In this document: positions 1 through 10,067 of the stretch, piece after piece
Layout of the letters: each line of letters begins with the position of its first letter
Position numbering within the stretch: the first letter of the stretch is position 1
Assembly: GCA_000165345.1 (NCBI GenBank)
Contig: CM000432.1
Span: 480,001 to 544,000, forward strand
Reading direction: 5' to 3'
Length of the DNA: 64,000 nt
Notes under the pieces: generated by a model
The model's database searches: none
The model's input: the letters and a program-made list of their open reading frames with translations, nothing else
Told to the model about the DNA's origin: nothing
Translations under genes and position numbers: made by a program

Positions 1-9
1 GAGGTTCTC

Positions 10-729
10 TTAGAATAGATTGTTATTATACGGTCTTACTACCTTGCATTTTATGTTATCTAACAAAATTTCTGATAAGTGTCTGATAAGACTGTTTGAT
101 GTTGCAATCGACAGTGAGATGGGGTGAATCTCATCTAATAATTCATTATGAGAAATACCGGTACCTTTATTAGTAATACAGGAAAAAATGTTCTTTTCCG
201 TTGTATTTATAACTATTGTAGAACAACTAATGCATTGCTCAAATTCTGATTGTGTTGGGTCTAGCATTAAATGAGAAATATCTCTTTCCCCGTAGAAATG
301 ACTAGATTCAGCTATTGAGACGGCTAATGGGAAAAATTCCATAGGGATCCCCAAATCAATGAGGGCAAGAACTGCTGCATTGATACAGACTGGTAAGATC
401 GGACCGTCTTCTGATACAATCTGCAGTGTAATAGAAATAACGCATCTGGAAAAAGAGTTGAAGTCTATAACCTTCTCAAAGAGTCTTAGAATATGGTATT
501 CAATCAGTTTATGTGATTCCTGAGGTTGACCAATTCTGGGTCTTAAAATTACTTCCAAGTATGATTTACATTTATTACTAGATGCTTCCTCCGGCCTCCA
601 AACAGTTGCTATAACTTTAGAAAGCCCAATCGAAAATTCTGCAGATCCATTTAAACTATTGAAAATGCCTACATTAGCCGATATTGCACCACATTCCAAA
701 TTTGTCCTTCCATCATATCTTATAACCAT
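10..729 (-). CDS. Exosome complex RNase PH-like subunit (Rrp46/EXOSC5-like)
   Basis: 239-aa ORF. RYDGR motif near the N-terminus, GSAEFSIGLSKVIATVWRP, and LEVILRPRIG nearly identical to human EXOSC5 LEVILRPKIG. Length fits Rrp46. Confidence 0.7.
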   Translation of the reverse strand: MVIRYDGRTNLECGAISANVGIFNSLNGSAEFSIGLSKVIATVWRPEEASSNKCKSYLEVILRPRIGQPQESHKLIEYHILRLFEKVIDFNSFSRCVISITLQIVSEDGPILPVCINAAVLALIDLGIPMEFFPLAVSIAESSHFYGERDISHLMLDPTQSEFEQCISCSTIVINTTEKNIFSCITNKGTGISHNELLDEIHPISLSIATSNSLIRHLSEILLDNIKCKVVRPYNNNLF

Positions 730-844
730 TAACTTAAAACTAACTTATTAAGAATAAATATTTGCTAGGTAATTATTTTTCATAACAAAAAAAAATGGGC
801 GGTAATATCTAAGTGATTATAATTTTTTTGTTACAGCAAAAGAA

Positions 845-1918
845 ATGGACAGAAACGATGCGGATGAAAACTCTATTGATGAAAGATATAGTCGTCTAAC
901 TGCTCTGGAAAATATGGGAGTAGTTGACGATTATTCTCTTATTATGAAAAAAACTATTTTTGTTATAGGCGTAGGAGGAGTTGGTTCTGTTGTTGTAGAG
1001 ATGCTGACTAGATGCGGAGTGGGAAAACTGATAATAGTTGATTTTGACATTGTTGAGTTATCAAACATGAACAGAATGTTTTATAATATGAATCATATTG
1101 GTATGTATAAAACAGATGCATGTGTTGATACTTTGAAGCTAATAAATCCAAAAATTAACATTGAAAAATATAACATAAATATTGTCGAAGACTATTCAAT
1201 TTTTTATAATATTTTCAAAACAAAGAAAATTGACTTACTAGTATCTTGCGTTGATAATTATTCTGCAAGAAGTATTATTAGCCAAGTCTGTAATGAGTTT
1301 GATTTAGTATGGTTCGAGTCAGGTATTTCTGAGAATGCAATTTCTGGTCATATTCAATTTGTAATCCCAGGTATGACTGCGTGTTATTGCTGTGCACCTC
1401 CTCTTGTTAATTTTGAAAGTAATTTTAGCGAAGATAAAATTAACTCCATTGTGATGAACTCTGAAAATGAAAATAATTCGAAAAAACTGTCATCCAGGAC
1501 TTGTGCAGCATCACTATCTACTACAACGAGCGTTATTGCCGGAATTTTAGTCAACAATATTTTAAAATATTTTTTGGGATTTGGAGAAAACTCGAATTTT
1601 CTCGGTTACCACATGATTGATGATTATTTTCCAAGATACTCAATAATTCCTAATAAAGAATGTATTGACAAATGGTGCCGGTTACGTCAAAAAGAGAAAG
1701 AGTACAATAAAAATGAGAAAACAAAAAATAAGTCTCCCTATAAAGAAGAGCCATCAAGATCCAACGTTTCAAATGGCGAATTACTTGAGAATTATTCTAA
1801 TTTTGAAGTAATCGAATCTGATATTCATATGGAATCATCTAAAAATTTATTGGAAAGTTTAAATAACTTATCAATTTCCGAGCTTATTAACAAACTGGAT
1901 GAAGTTTCGTCAAAGTAA
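845..1918 (+). CDS. UBA5: UFM1-activating E1 enzyme UBA5 (ThiF/MoeB family)
   Basis: 357-aa ORF. [69 protein letters not shown] and [28 protein letters not shown] align closely to human UBA5 ([21 protein letters not shown]..., [31 protein letters not shown]). Confidence 0.85.
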   Translation: [357 protein letters not shown]

Positions 1919-2322
1919 AAGCAGATTTAAGTAAAATGGCTAATTTAATTATTTTCTTATAAAGGCCTATCTTATTAGCGAAATAATATTTGTCTATATT
2001 TACTCTTTTATTGCATGCAGACCAAACCGCCTTTACATGTGCAAAGTGAAAATACGTATAAAAGAAAATTTCTTGAATTTATATATTAAAGATTAAGATT
2101 AAGTAGAAATCTTTCATTGTTAAATTTTTGCCCAATTGAGTTTTTCTCGGAAGAACTCAAGATATATCAATTTGGAATTCTATTCTAGTTGAAGAAGCCA
2201 AATAACTGAAAACAGAAATTGGTAAAAGAGGCTGAACATTTGATCAATTTGAAATAAATTGACTTGTTCAGAAATATCGTCTTTCTGAACAAATAATATT
2301 TCATGTTTAGCTATTAATAAAA

Positions 2323-3111
2323 ATGATTAAGATAATATTTATTACGCTAATATGTTTGTTAATTAAGTAAGTTAATAATTTAATTTTCCGAGTATTTAAA
2401 CATGTTCTCATTTATAGGGATACTTTTGGTTTGGAAATGCGATCAATTGGAAATTCCAAACTTGAATCGTTTTCAGTTACTTATTCCGGAAATCTTCATA
2501 AGTTAAGTGCGCATTCAAGCTTGTTTTCGAACTCACAATTTGAGTCATGCAATACTATGTGCGATGATTTTGATCCAACATGCGACTGCAACACTGCTTC
2601 TACAACAGAAACAGAAATAACTATTGATCAAGTTGAGAGTTGGATTGAAATCATTAAAAAAAATGCTGAGGCTGCTGCAAACCCTATTTTAAAGAACGAT
2701 TCTACGTCAAACACTACAGAAACAACAGATTCTAGCAATCAATATGTATGGATTGGTATTGGTGTTGGAGCCATTGTTCTTATTGGATTAATTATATTCT
2801 TCATTACAAAGTCAAGATCTAATAACAGTCAGGGTCAAGATCCCAATGCAAACTATAATATGCAGGGAGGAGCCCCAGGAATGATGCCAGGTGGAATGCC
2901 TGGTATGCCCGGTATGCCTGGAATGCCAGGTGGAATGCCAGGTGGAATGCCTGGTATGCCCGGTGGAATGCCCGGTATGCCCGGAATGCCCGGAATGCCT
3001 GGAATGCCTGGAATGCCTGGTATGCCTGGAATGCCTGGTGGTATGCCTGGAATGCCAGGCGGAATGCCTGGTGGTATGCCTGGAATGCCTGGTGGAATGC
3101 CAATGCGATAG
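2323..3111 (+). CDS. Type-I membrane protein with Cys/Thr-rich ectodomain and (GMP/GGMP)n repeat cytoplasmic tail. Two exons: 2323..2366 and 2418..3111.
   Basis: The ORF track shows only 2431..3111. Upstream exon ATG 2323 encodes [15 protein letters not shown], a signal peptide. Donor AA|GTAAGT at 2367, acceptor TTTATAG| at 2417 (51-nt intron), in frame with ...[13 protein letters not shown]. The second exon has Cys-rich [15 protein letters not shown], a T/S-rich stretch, [24 protein letters not shown], then about 30 MPG/GMPG units. Confidence 0.55.
2866..3105 (+). repeat. In-frame coding tandem repeat of 9/12-nt units (GGAATGCCTGGTATGCCC etc.) encoding (GMP)/(GGMP)n
   Basis: Direct reading of 2866-3105. 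The alternative-frame ORFs 2819..3103(-) and 2891..3133(+) are artifacts of this repeat. Confidence 0.9.
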
Positions 3112-3252
3112 AGAATTTCTAAAATTTAATTAGGAGTACTATTAATAGAATTCTACAGTTGTTTTGATTGAAAGATATTTTCATATTTCTAGAGCTAAAT
3201 AATAATATATATGCGATTTTTCAATAGAAAGGTGATAAATTGCAAACATAAT

Positions 3253-4332
3253 TTACTCCTTGTAGTTTAACTTGAAACTTAGTGCGCATTGAATAATATC
3301 ATTAATATTTATTGTATAAGGAGCTGTCTTCAAAGTATGCAAAATATTTTCAAATGACTGATTGAAAAGAGAGTTCTTCAAGATTTTCAAAATTGCAATG
3401 GAAATTTTGAAGATTAAGTCTACACCTTCAAGGAAAAACAGGTCCCAAATCCTCGCAACTGCATCCAAATTAAAACTGTAGGCAAATATAGTCATAAACC
3501 ATTGGGAAGCATACATAGTTTCATCCACATTTTCGTTTCTAAAGTGATTATAAAGATTTGGAATCCGTTTCTTAAATATTTTTCTTAACTTCTCTAAATG
3601 AGTATTTAATAATGGCAACCCTGGAAGATACAAGCCAGAAAATTTATACTTTCCAAGAATAGAAATTAGCATATAGAATGAATCCTCTTCTGACATGTAC
3701 ATTAACAGAACACCAACAATAAATCCCATTCCTTGGCAGTAACCAACATCCGGATTATATAGACTATAGGCCCTTAAAACTGAAAACAAAGAATTTTGCC
3801 CATGATTATTTTTATCACGAAATAAAGAATGTCTTGGAAAAGTTCTACTTATATCTCTATATATATCACCACAGCATGGGGCATTTTTTATTTCAGATAG
3901 TTGATAATATAGATTCTCGCTATGCTCGCTTTTTATATTTTCTACTTCTGCCAGCTTCATCCAAATGAATCCTCTAAATTGAGCTGGAATTCCCTTTCTC
4001 AGTTTACTCAATATTTTTAAATGATCTTTTTCTAAATCAAATTTCTCAAAATCGTAACATAAAAATCTCCACTCTTCAATTTCAATTAGTCTACTTCTGT
4101 AGTCAAATTTATGGGGAATTTTTATGTTTTCTGAGTTCTTACTTTGAATATCGCCGATATTTTCAGCATCTATAGTTTTATTTTCACATTCTGAGAACTT
4201 TGCTACATTATCATCATTTATTTCTGGGAACTCTTTAGAAATTTCATTATATCTCTCTTCAAAATCAGACATGTGTTCTCCTTCTACAAACTCCTTATTT
4301 TGAGAGGCTTTTTCCAAATCTTCTTTCGGCAT
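3253..4332 (-). CDS. TBC-domain Rab GTPase-activating protein
   Basis: 359-aa ORF with arginine-finger motif IYRDISRTFP and glutamine-finger VGYCQGMGFIVGVLL. These are the dual-finger TBC signatures. Confidence 0.8.
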   Translation of the reverse strand: MPKEDLEKASQNKEFVEGEHMSDFEERYNEISKEFPEINDDNVAKFSECENKTIDAENIGDIQSKNSENIKIPHKFDYRSRLIEIEEWRFLCYDFEKFDLEKDHLKILSKLRKGIPAQFRGFIWMKLAEVENIKSEHSENLYYQLSEIKNAPCCGDIYRDISRTFPRHSLFRDKNNHGQNSLFSVLRAYSLYNPDVGYCQGMGFIVGVLLMYMSEEDSFYMLISILGKYKFSGLYLPGLPLLNTHLEKLRKIFKKRIPNLYNHFRNENVDETMYASQWFMTIFAYSFNLDAVARIWDLFFLEGVDLIFKISIAILKILKNSLFNQSFENILHTLKTAPYTININDIIQCALSFKLNYKE

Positions 4333-4550
4333 TTGTTACACAAGCTTATATTTACAAAAAGTCTCAGTAAAATGTATAGCTAAGGTTTCATAATAGAAAG
4401 AAAGAAATCCTAGTTTTTCTTAGAATAAGCAAAGTATTATCAGATATATGATAGTAAAAATATATATTAAATAATTGTGTGCTAAACCACATGTGATCAA
4501 ATTTGCAATTCTAAAGTTTGCGCGGTATTGAAAGCAGTTAATTCTTGTAC

Positions 4551-6032
4551 TTAAATATTAATTCCCCTTCTTTTTAAAATACTTTTCGAAGGAGAACTGT
4601 TGGATTCAGAAGGCTTTGATAGTGCCTTTTCAGCAGAGATTATCTCTATATTTTTAAGAGAGTTCAAGTTGTAATTTTTACAGGAATCTGACGAGCAGAG
4701 TTCAGGATCATTTTGGATATCAGAATTCGGTGAAGACCTAAATAAAATGCAGTTTATTTTATTGCTACCCTTCATATCACTTTTCTTATCAAAAATTTTT
4801 ACAAGTGCTCTCGATGTAGATATTGAATCAGGGAGGAGCATACGTACATTCTTTGACATATCAAATCTTACTCTTTTCTCTTTATCTTCATTTTTACTTT
4901 CGTAATTAGCACTTCCCTGCTTGTTAAGTGAATTTCTCTTCTTGTTTTTTGAAACCTTTGGTAAGCTGTTTGAAAGTGCCACATTATTTTTTAAAAAGTT
5001 ACTTATCTTTTCCATAGTTGAATATATATTATTTCTTTTATTTTGAGTAATTGAATTTTCATTAGATTTGGAGAGATTCGAAAGACTTGAATGCAATTTT
5101 GACATGAGATTGACAATATTTTCCAATAAGAAACTGGAGATTAAATTCCTTTCTTCTTGATTAATATTTAAGTCATCAATGTCGCATACCACTTGATCAA
5201 GAAGTGAATCAAAATCAACAAATTTTAGAATCAATTGACTATAAATATTTTCTGTTAAGGTTGAGTGAGTTGTACAAGTTCTGATGACATTAATAATAAA
5301 CTCGGAGTATTCAATAAAAAATGAAGAAATGTATTCATTCAACAAATTTTTGTTTGATGGATTTTCTTTAATGAGTTTGTATTGCTCATATAATAAATAA
5401 ACAGATTCTTGTGGGAATTGCTTACAAAAAATTAAAGATACTCCAATACCTGTAGACCTGTTCGAATATGAGTTAATTGATGGATCAACTTCATCGCCGC
5501 TTCCTATATGGTCACTAATCATTAAAAACTTCCTTTTTTTACCTATAGAATTCTCATTATCTATATTTTCAACAAATAAACATCTACGGTAGACATCAAG
5601 CAAGCCCTTTGCAAATTCAGGATCAAAGTTTTTTTTACTGAGTAAATTTAGTGATTCAGCAAGCATTGTTCTTTGTAAAAATGTAAATTTATCCATCCTA
5701 TAATGATCCATGCCATCCCATCTAAATCTCATCATCAGATAAAATTCTTCAATAAAAGAGAATAAATATTCTTTTACCTCAAATCTTTTCTGTAATTGTG
5801 AAATATTCACTGCAATTTCTCTTTGAATTAAAACTTTATCTGAAAGCCACATACTATAGTAGAGCCCCTTCCAAATTTTCAACATTTGTAAACGCGTCAT
5901 TGAATTGTTGTGCTTTGATATATATCTAGTTATAATGTCTAGACCTTTTTTGCGGCTCGCAGGACTGATACTAGTTAAAGTTTTTGATAACCTCATAAGA
6001 AGCTCATTCTCATTTTCAGAGTTACCCTTCAT
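4551..6032 (-). CDS. Ribosomal RNA processing protein 1 (RRP1/Nop52 family)
   Basis: 493 aa. LKIWKGLYYSMWLSDKVLIQREIAVNISQL matches the Nop52 core (LWKGLFYCMWMSDKPLVQ). Basic S/K-rich C-terminus. Confidence 0.7.
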   Translation of the reverse strand: MKGNSENENELLMRLSKTLTSISPASRKKGLDIITRYISKHNNSMTRLQMLKIWKGLYYSMWLSDKVLIQREIAVNISQLQKRFEVKEYLFSFIEEFYLMMRFRWDGMDHYRMDKFTFLQRTMLAESLNLLSKKNFDPEFAKGLLDVYRRCLFVENIDNENSIGKKRKFLMISDHIGSGDEVDPSINSYSNRSTGIGVSLIFCKQFPQESVYLLYEQYKLIKENPSNKNLLNEYISSFFIEYSEFIINVIRTCTTHSTLTENIYSQLILKFVDFDSLLDQVVCDIDDLNINQEERNLISSFLLENIVNLMSKLHSSLSNLSKSNENSITQNKRNNIYSTMEKISNFLKNNVALSNSLPKVSKNKKRNSLNKQGSANYESKNEDKEKRVRFDMSKNVRMLLPDSISTSRALVKIFDKKSDMKGSNKINCILFRSSPNSDIQNDPELCSSDSCKNYNLNSLKNIEIISAEKALSKPSESNSSPSKSILKRRGINI

Positions 6033-6642
6033 TTCTTTGATACTAGCTTCCGGGATATGCCTCGTGTTAACCCTAAAATTATAATCTCAATATAGTTATA
6101 TGTTTCAATTCGTAAGTAATTTTACTTACAATAACTACAGATCTTACTTAATAAGTCTAATTTTTGAATATAAAATACATATTATTTTGATTGGTTGCTA
6201 ATAATAAATAATCAAGTCCAAAGATCGATAATTTAATCTTCTACCCAATTCTTCGATTTTCAATTATATTATTGTTATTCAGACAAATTCTTGAGAGTCC
6301 AAATAATTTTTGTTGAATTAACGGAATCTAAAATAAGACTTACAAAAAAATTTATTCTTTGACCGTTACCAAGCGCTACTCATTTTTACGTCTGTGTCAA
6401 TTCTGGAAGGCGGCCAATTACATGCAATATTTTATTTGTTCTAGATCAAGTTTGACAATTTTGTAAGAAAAAAAAACATGGGTTTTTAAAAGAGTAATTT
6501 AAAATATATCAAAAAGAATACATTTAAAAGCTATAATTGTTAGTTTATGAAATTGCTTTATTTGATATACTTCAAATCATTTAAAAGATTGTGAAAGTAT
6601 AAATAAATATTTACATCGTGCTAAAGCGATACATTTAAAAAA

Positions 6643-8106
6643 ATGTTCGAGTTTATTTCAGAAATGTTTCATTCATGTTGCAAATTAAAGAAAAATCAAA
6701 AGAATGATGAATACATTTTTATCTTGTGCCCTGCCCCAAGCGATTTAGAAGAGGAATATATTGATCAAGAAGGAAATGTCAAAAAAAAGAAGCTCGAAAA
6801 AATTAGAGGAACTGCCAGAAATATTGTCGATAAGGAAATTGTCAGGGAGTGGAGTGGAAGGGAAATTGGAAGCTGTATTTGCTGTCATTTAATATATGAA
6901 GACGAAATGAATGTTTATAGAGCTGATAAATATGGCAGACATATTGGTAAAGACCATGAAGAATATGAAGGTAGCCAAACAAGAGAAGAAAACTGTGTTA
7001 ACTCAGTTGGATCTCTGAGCTCATATGGCTCAAGAAAACATTTTTCTGAGGAGCCAAATAGCGCAGATTCCAACTCTACCTCAATAAGTTCAGATGAAAA
7101 TAATAATGCAGTTGAGAATAAGAGTAAAAAAACAAAAGAAAGGAGGAAGTTAAATATCAATAGATCCCCAAGCGCAATTGAGAAGGAAATAGATGAAAAA
7201 GAAAAGAACAAAAAACTAAAAGAAACAAAAGATGCCAATAATAAAGAATGCTCTACAATTAGTTCTGATATAAATAATGATATCCATAACACGAATGAGA
7301 AAACAACTGATAATAGAAATAACAAAAAGCCAGAGAATACTAATTTAAAGAATGACGAGCAAATTCCATTATCCGATCAAAAAAAATATTCTAAATCTTC
7401 TCCACTTTCAAAGAATCAATGCCCTCCAAAGTTAGGAAAAAGGCCACCCATAAAGAATGAATTATTGGCTATGAATGATCAGAAAAACAATTCACTTAAG
7501 TCATCAATTCCAAATAGTAAAAAATGTAGTAAAAAAATATCAAGTGCTCCGAAAAATGAATTTAACAAAATTATTTTGGAAAAAGAAAAGGTAGAAAGTA
7601 ATTCTCGCGATACTCATAAAGATGACAAAAATCAAACTGGAAATAATAATAGCCAACAAATCAACCACATTACTAGCAGTTCTAATTCTGATAAAGAAAT
7701 GATTGATAACAATGGGGAAATTAAATATGAAGAGGAAGAGATGAAGTTTAACAAAGACATTTCTTCGAAAATAATACGTCACAGAGCATTAATAGGAATT
7801 CAAGCCGAAATTATTCTAAAAGATGGATCGACAACGGACTGTAAAGTTAGCTTCTCAGATGAGGAAGATGATCTCTCATTTATTTGCAACGATAAAGTTA
7901 AAGCTGTTCCTTGGAGTAACATTAGAGAGATTTTTACAACAAAAAGTGAACTTAGAATGGTGAATACACGAGCAGCTATTTTTAAAGACCCAACATTAAT
8001 TATTGCACTACATTTAAAAGATACAGGAAATTGTATACCTTTGAAATTTAATTCTAAGAAAGGCAAAGAAGATTTTTTAAATTTCGCCCTCAGAATGATT
8101 GGGTAA
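6643..8106 (+). CDS. Hypothetical protein. N-terminal Cys cluster, long K/N/S-rich low-complexity middle, C-terminal PH-like region.
   Basis: 487-aa ORF. No confident family. C-terminal 120 aa (ILKDGSTTDCKVSF...LIIALHLKDTGNCIPLKFNSKKGKEDFLNFALRMI) has a beta-sandwich/PH-like pattern. N-terminal MFEFISEMFHSCCKL has a di-Cys. Confidence 0.4.
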   Translation: MFEFISEMFHSCCKLKKNQKNDEYIFILCPAPSDLEEEYIDQEGNVKKKKLEKIRGTARNIVDKEIVREWSGREIGSCICCHLIYEDEMNVYRADKYGRHIGKDHEEYEGSQTREENCVNSVGSLSSYGSRKHFSEEPNSADSNSTSISSDENNNAVENKSKKTKERRKLNINRSPSAIEKEIDEKEKNKKLKETKDANNKECSTISSDINNDIHNTNEKTTDNRNNKKPENTNLKNDEQIPLSDQKKYSKSSPLSKNQCPPKLGKRPPIKNELLAMNDQKNNSLKSSIPNSKKCSKKISSAPKNEFNKIILEKEKVESNSRDTHKDDKNQTGNNNSQQINHITSSSNSDKEMIDNNGEIKYEEEEMKFNKDISSKIIRHRALIGIQAEIILKDGSTTDCKVSFSDEEDDLSFICNDKVKAVPWSNIREIFTTKSELRMVNTRAAIFKDPTLIIALHLKDTGNCIPLKFNSKKGKEDFLNFALRMIG

Positions 8107-8555
8107 TACTAAAAGCTCACAGAAGATATTTAGTCGTCTTTTATGTAATAAATAAAGGAACATAAAATTTTGGGAGAAAATGATGGAAGTTGCTCCCAAT
8201 GATATCAGACCAGGCTTTTATATTGCCATTTTGTTAGATTGAATTTAGACTTTTATAAATAGTTTAAACATTTAGGCGGCTACTTCTTTTTGCTAAAAGC
8301 TTCATACGAAGGGAATTGTAATTTAATTCTAGTTTACAAGATTCTAATATAAAATATAGAAAATCATCTAGCTAAATAGATTTTTGGAATAAATATTGTT
8401 CAATTGTATTTGCACTTTTTGATTAACCAACAGATTTAAACTTAATTTTCTAGGCACAAGTAATTTACAAAATCAAGCAATATATTAATGATCATTTTAC
8501 TTACATGATAATTAAACAATTTTGATTAATTGAGTTTGTTTTTCTATACTTAATA

Positions 8556-9986
8556 ATGAGTGAAGATGATCAGCTACAGGCATTTGTTGACCCTTTGATT
8601 TTATTGAAGGATACTATTACAAGAGGGAAAACAGATGAAATAATTAAATTAGGAGATGAGTTTCATTTCGAGTTTTACAATTGTTCATTGAATGTTAATA
8701 CTCCCACCAGATGTAGAAATAGAAGAGGAGAGTCATTAAATTTAGATGATTTATATTTATTCATTACAGCTTCTAAAAGCAAGAAGTACACAATGAAACT
8801 TGCTCAAGATAATGGACTTAAATTCATAAATATTCTAGAAAAGAAAAATATTTTGGAATTCCTGAATGAGTTTATTGAAAAAACACAAGATTCAAGAATT
8901 CCATCTACATATTCCATTGAAGATTTAGGTAAATATGAATGTATAAATACGGAATTTTCCTTACAGCCATGCAGAATATTAGATAAAAGTAAGAAAATTT
9001 TAAATTTAAATTATCCATGGGTCGAATATAAGGTAAAAACAGATATTGAATCAATTAACGGAAAAAGCAGTGAAAATATAATACATTCAAAAGTTGCAAA
9101 TTCAATCCAATTAAAGAATAGGGATGAAATTATGTTTGTTAAAAGAAAAGTTAATTTAATTTCACAGATATATCCAATAAATATTGACTACATTTGTCAA
9201 GGAATTGATATGTATACTAGAATTAATAGCTTGCTAACATTTATGAATGAGCCTGCAAAAAGCGAGAACAAAAAAAGATCAGCCGAATCTAGTTCATATA
9301 TTCATAACGCGGAAAATAAAAAATTGAAAGACGGTAGAAGATCTAACACTGCAGATTTTGGAAAAAGAGGTTCCGAATCTTTGATAAGTACTTCAAATAT
9401 ATCAAAATCAAGGAACATACCAAAGTCAATAAATTCTCAACAAAGATCAACATTATTAGCATACCTAAATTCAAATAATCTCAACCCAATAATACTAGTT
9501 CCACCATCATCCAAGAGCCCAATTACATTAAACAATATAATTCAATTCTTACGAGATAAAGAATTTGTAGACCCTAACCTAGCAAAGAGAAACTTTGCTG
9601 GTAACGAACAAACTGTTACATTAAGTTTTGGCTCAGGAACCACTGTACAAAAGGTCACATTTCGAATCCTTGAATCCACTCTTAACTTTAGGAAAAGGGA
9701 TTGGTATTCACTAATTGCAGTGTTCCTTACTGGAGCAGAATGGCAATTGCAGTCCTTCCCATTTAAAACGATTCAAGATATATTTACAATGGTAAAGGGA
9801 TATCATATAACATATGATTCAGAGCCAATTCCTGATAACATCCGAAAATGGAATGTTGATGTCGTAAGAATTAATAGGACAAATCGCCATAACGACCTTT
9901 CAGTTTGGTTTCAATTCATGGAGTCTATTGAATCCGTTTTAGCGTCTAGTAGAGATCATTCTAAATTAGATAGAAGTAAATTATGA
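8556..9986 (+). CDS. CDC73: CDC73/parafibromin (Paf1 complex subunit)
   Basis: 476 aa. C-terminal domain PIILVPPSSKSPITLNNIIQFL...VFLTGAEWQLQSFPF matches the Cdc73 C-domain (PIIIIPSA...ITL.N...VFVTGQ.WQFK...). Confidence 0.75.
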   Translation: MSEDDQLQAFVDPLILLKDTITRGKTDEIIKLGDEFHFEFYNCSLNVNTPTRCRNRRGESLNLDDLYLFITASKSKKYTMKLAQDNGLKFINILEKKNILEFLNEFIEKTQDSRIPSTYSIEDLGKYECINTEFSLQPCRILDKSKKILNLNYPWVEYKVKTDIESINGKSSENIIHSKVANSIQLKNRDEIMFVKRKVNLISQIYPINIDYICQGIDMYTRINSLLTFMNEPAKSENKKRSAESSSYIHNAENKKLKDGRRSNTADFGKRGSESLISTSNISKSRNIPKSINSQQRSTLLAYLNSNNLNPIILVPPSSKSPITLNNIIQFLRDKEFVDPNLAKRNFAGNEQTVTLSFGSGTTVQKVTFRILESTLNFRKRDWYSLIAVFLTGAEWQLQSFPFKTIQDIFTMVKGYHITYDSEPIPDNIRKWNVDVVRINRTNRHNDLSVWFQFMESIESVLASSRDHSKLDRSKL

Positions 9987-10067
9987 ACGTTAACATTATT
10001 CGAATTAGACGATAGATTGCAACAGAAAGCAATTGATATATAATCTAATATTCAATGACTTAATAGT

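Noticed and set aside
2819-3133. ORFs 2819..3103(-) and 2891..3133(+) overlapping the GMP repeat
   Set aside because: They are alternate-frame and antisense read-throughs of a perfect 9/12-nt tandem repeat, translating as AFQAY.../CPVCLEC.... There is no independent start context. The sense frame is continuous with a TM protein.
6915-8066. Antisense ORFs 6915..7325, 7540..7782, 7800..8066 inside the 6643..8106 gene; similar small antisense/alt-frame ORFs inside other long genes (for example 10606.., 11593.., 15972.., 17370.., 21242-21524, 23739.., 23980.., 28154.., 29314.., 35244.., 41612.., 48454.., 55285..)
   Set aside because: They are short and have low-complexity L/F/I/S-rich translations, as expected from AT-rich antisense strands. 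They are fully nested in well-supported genes on the other strand.
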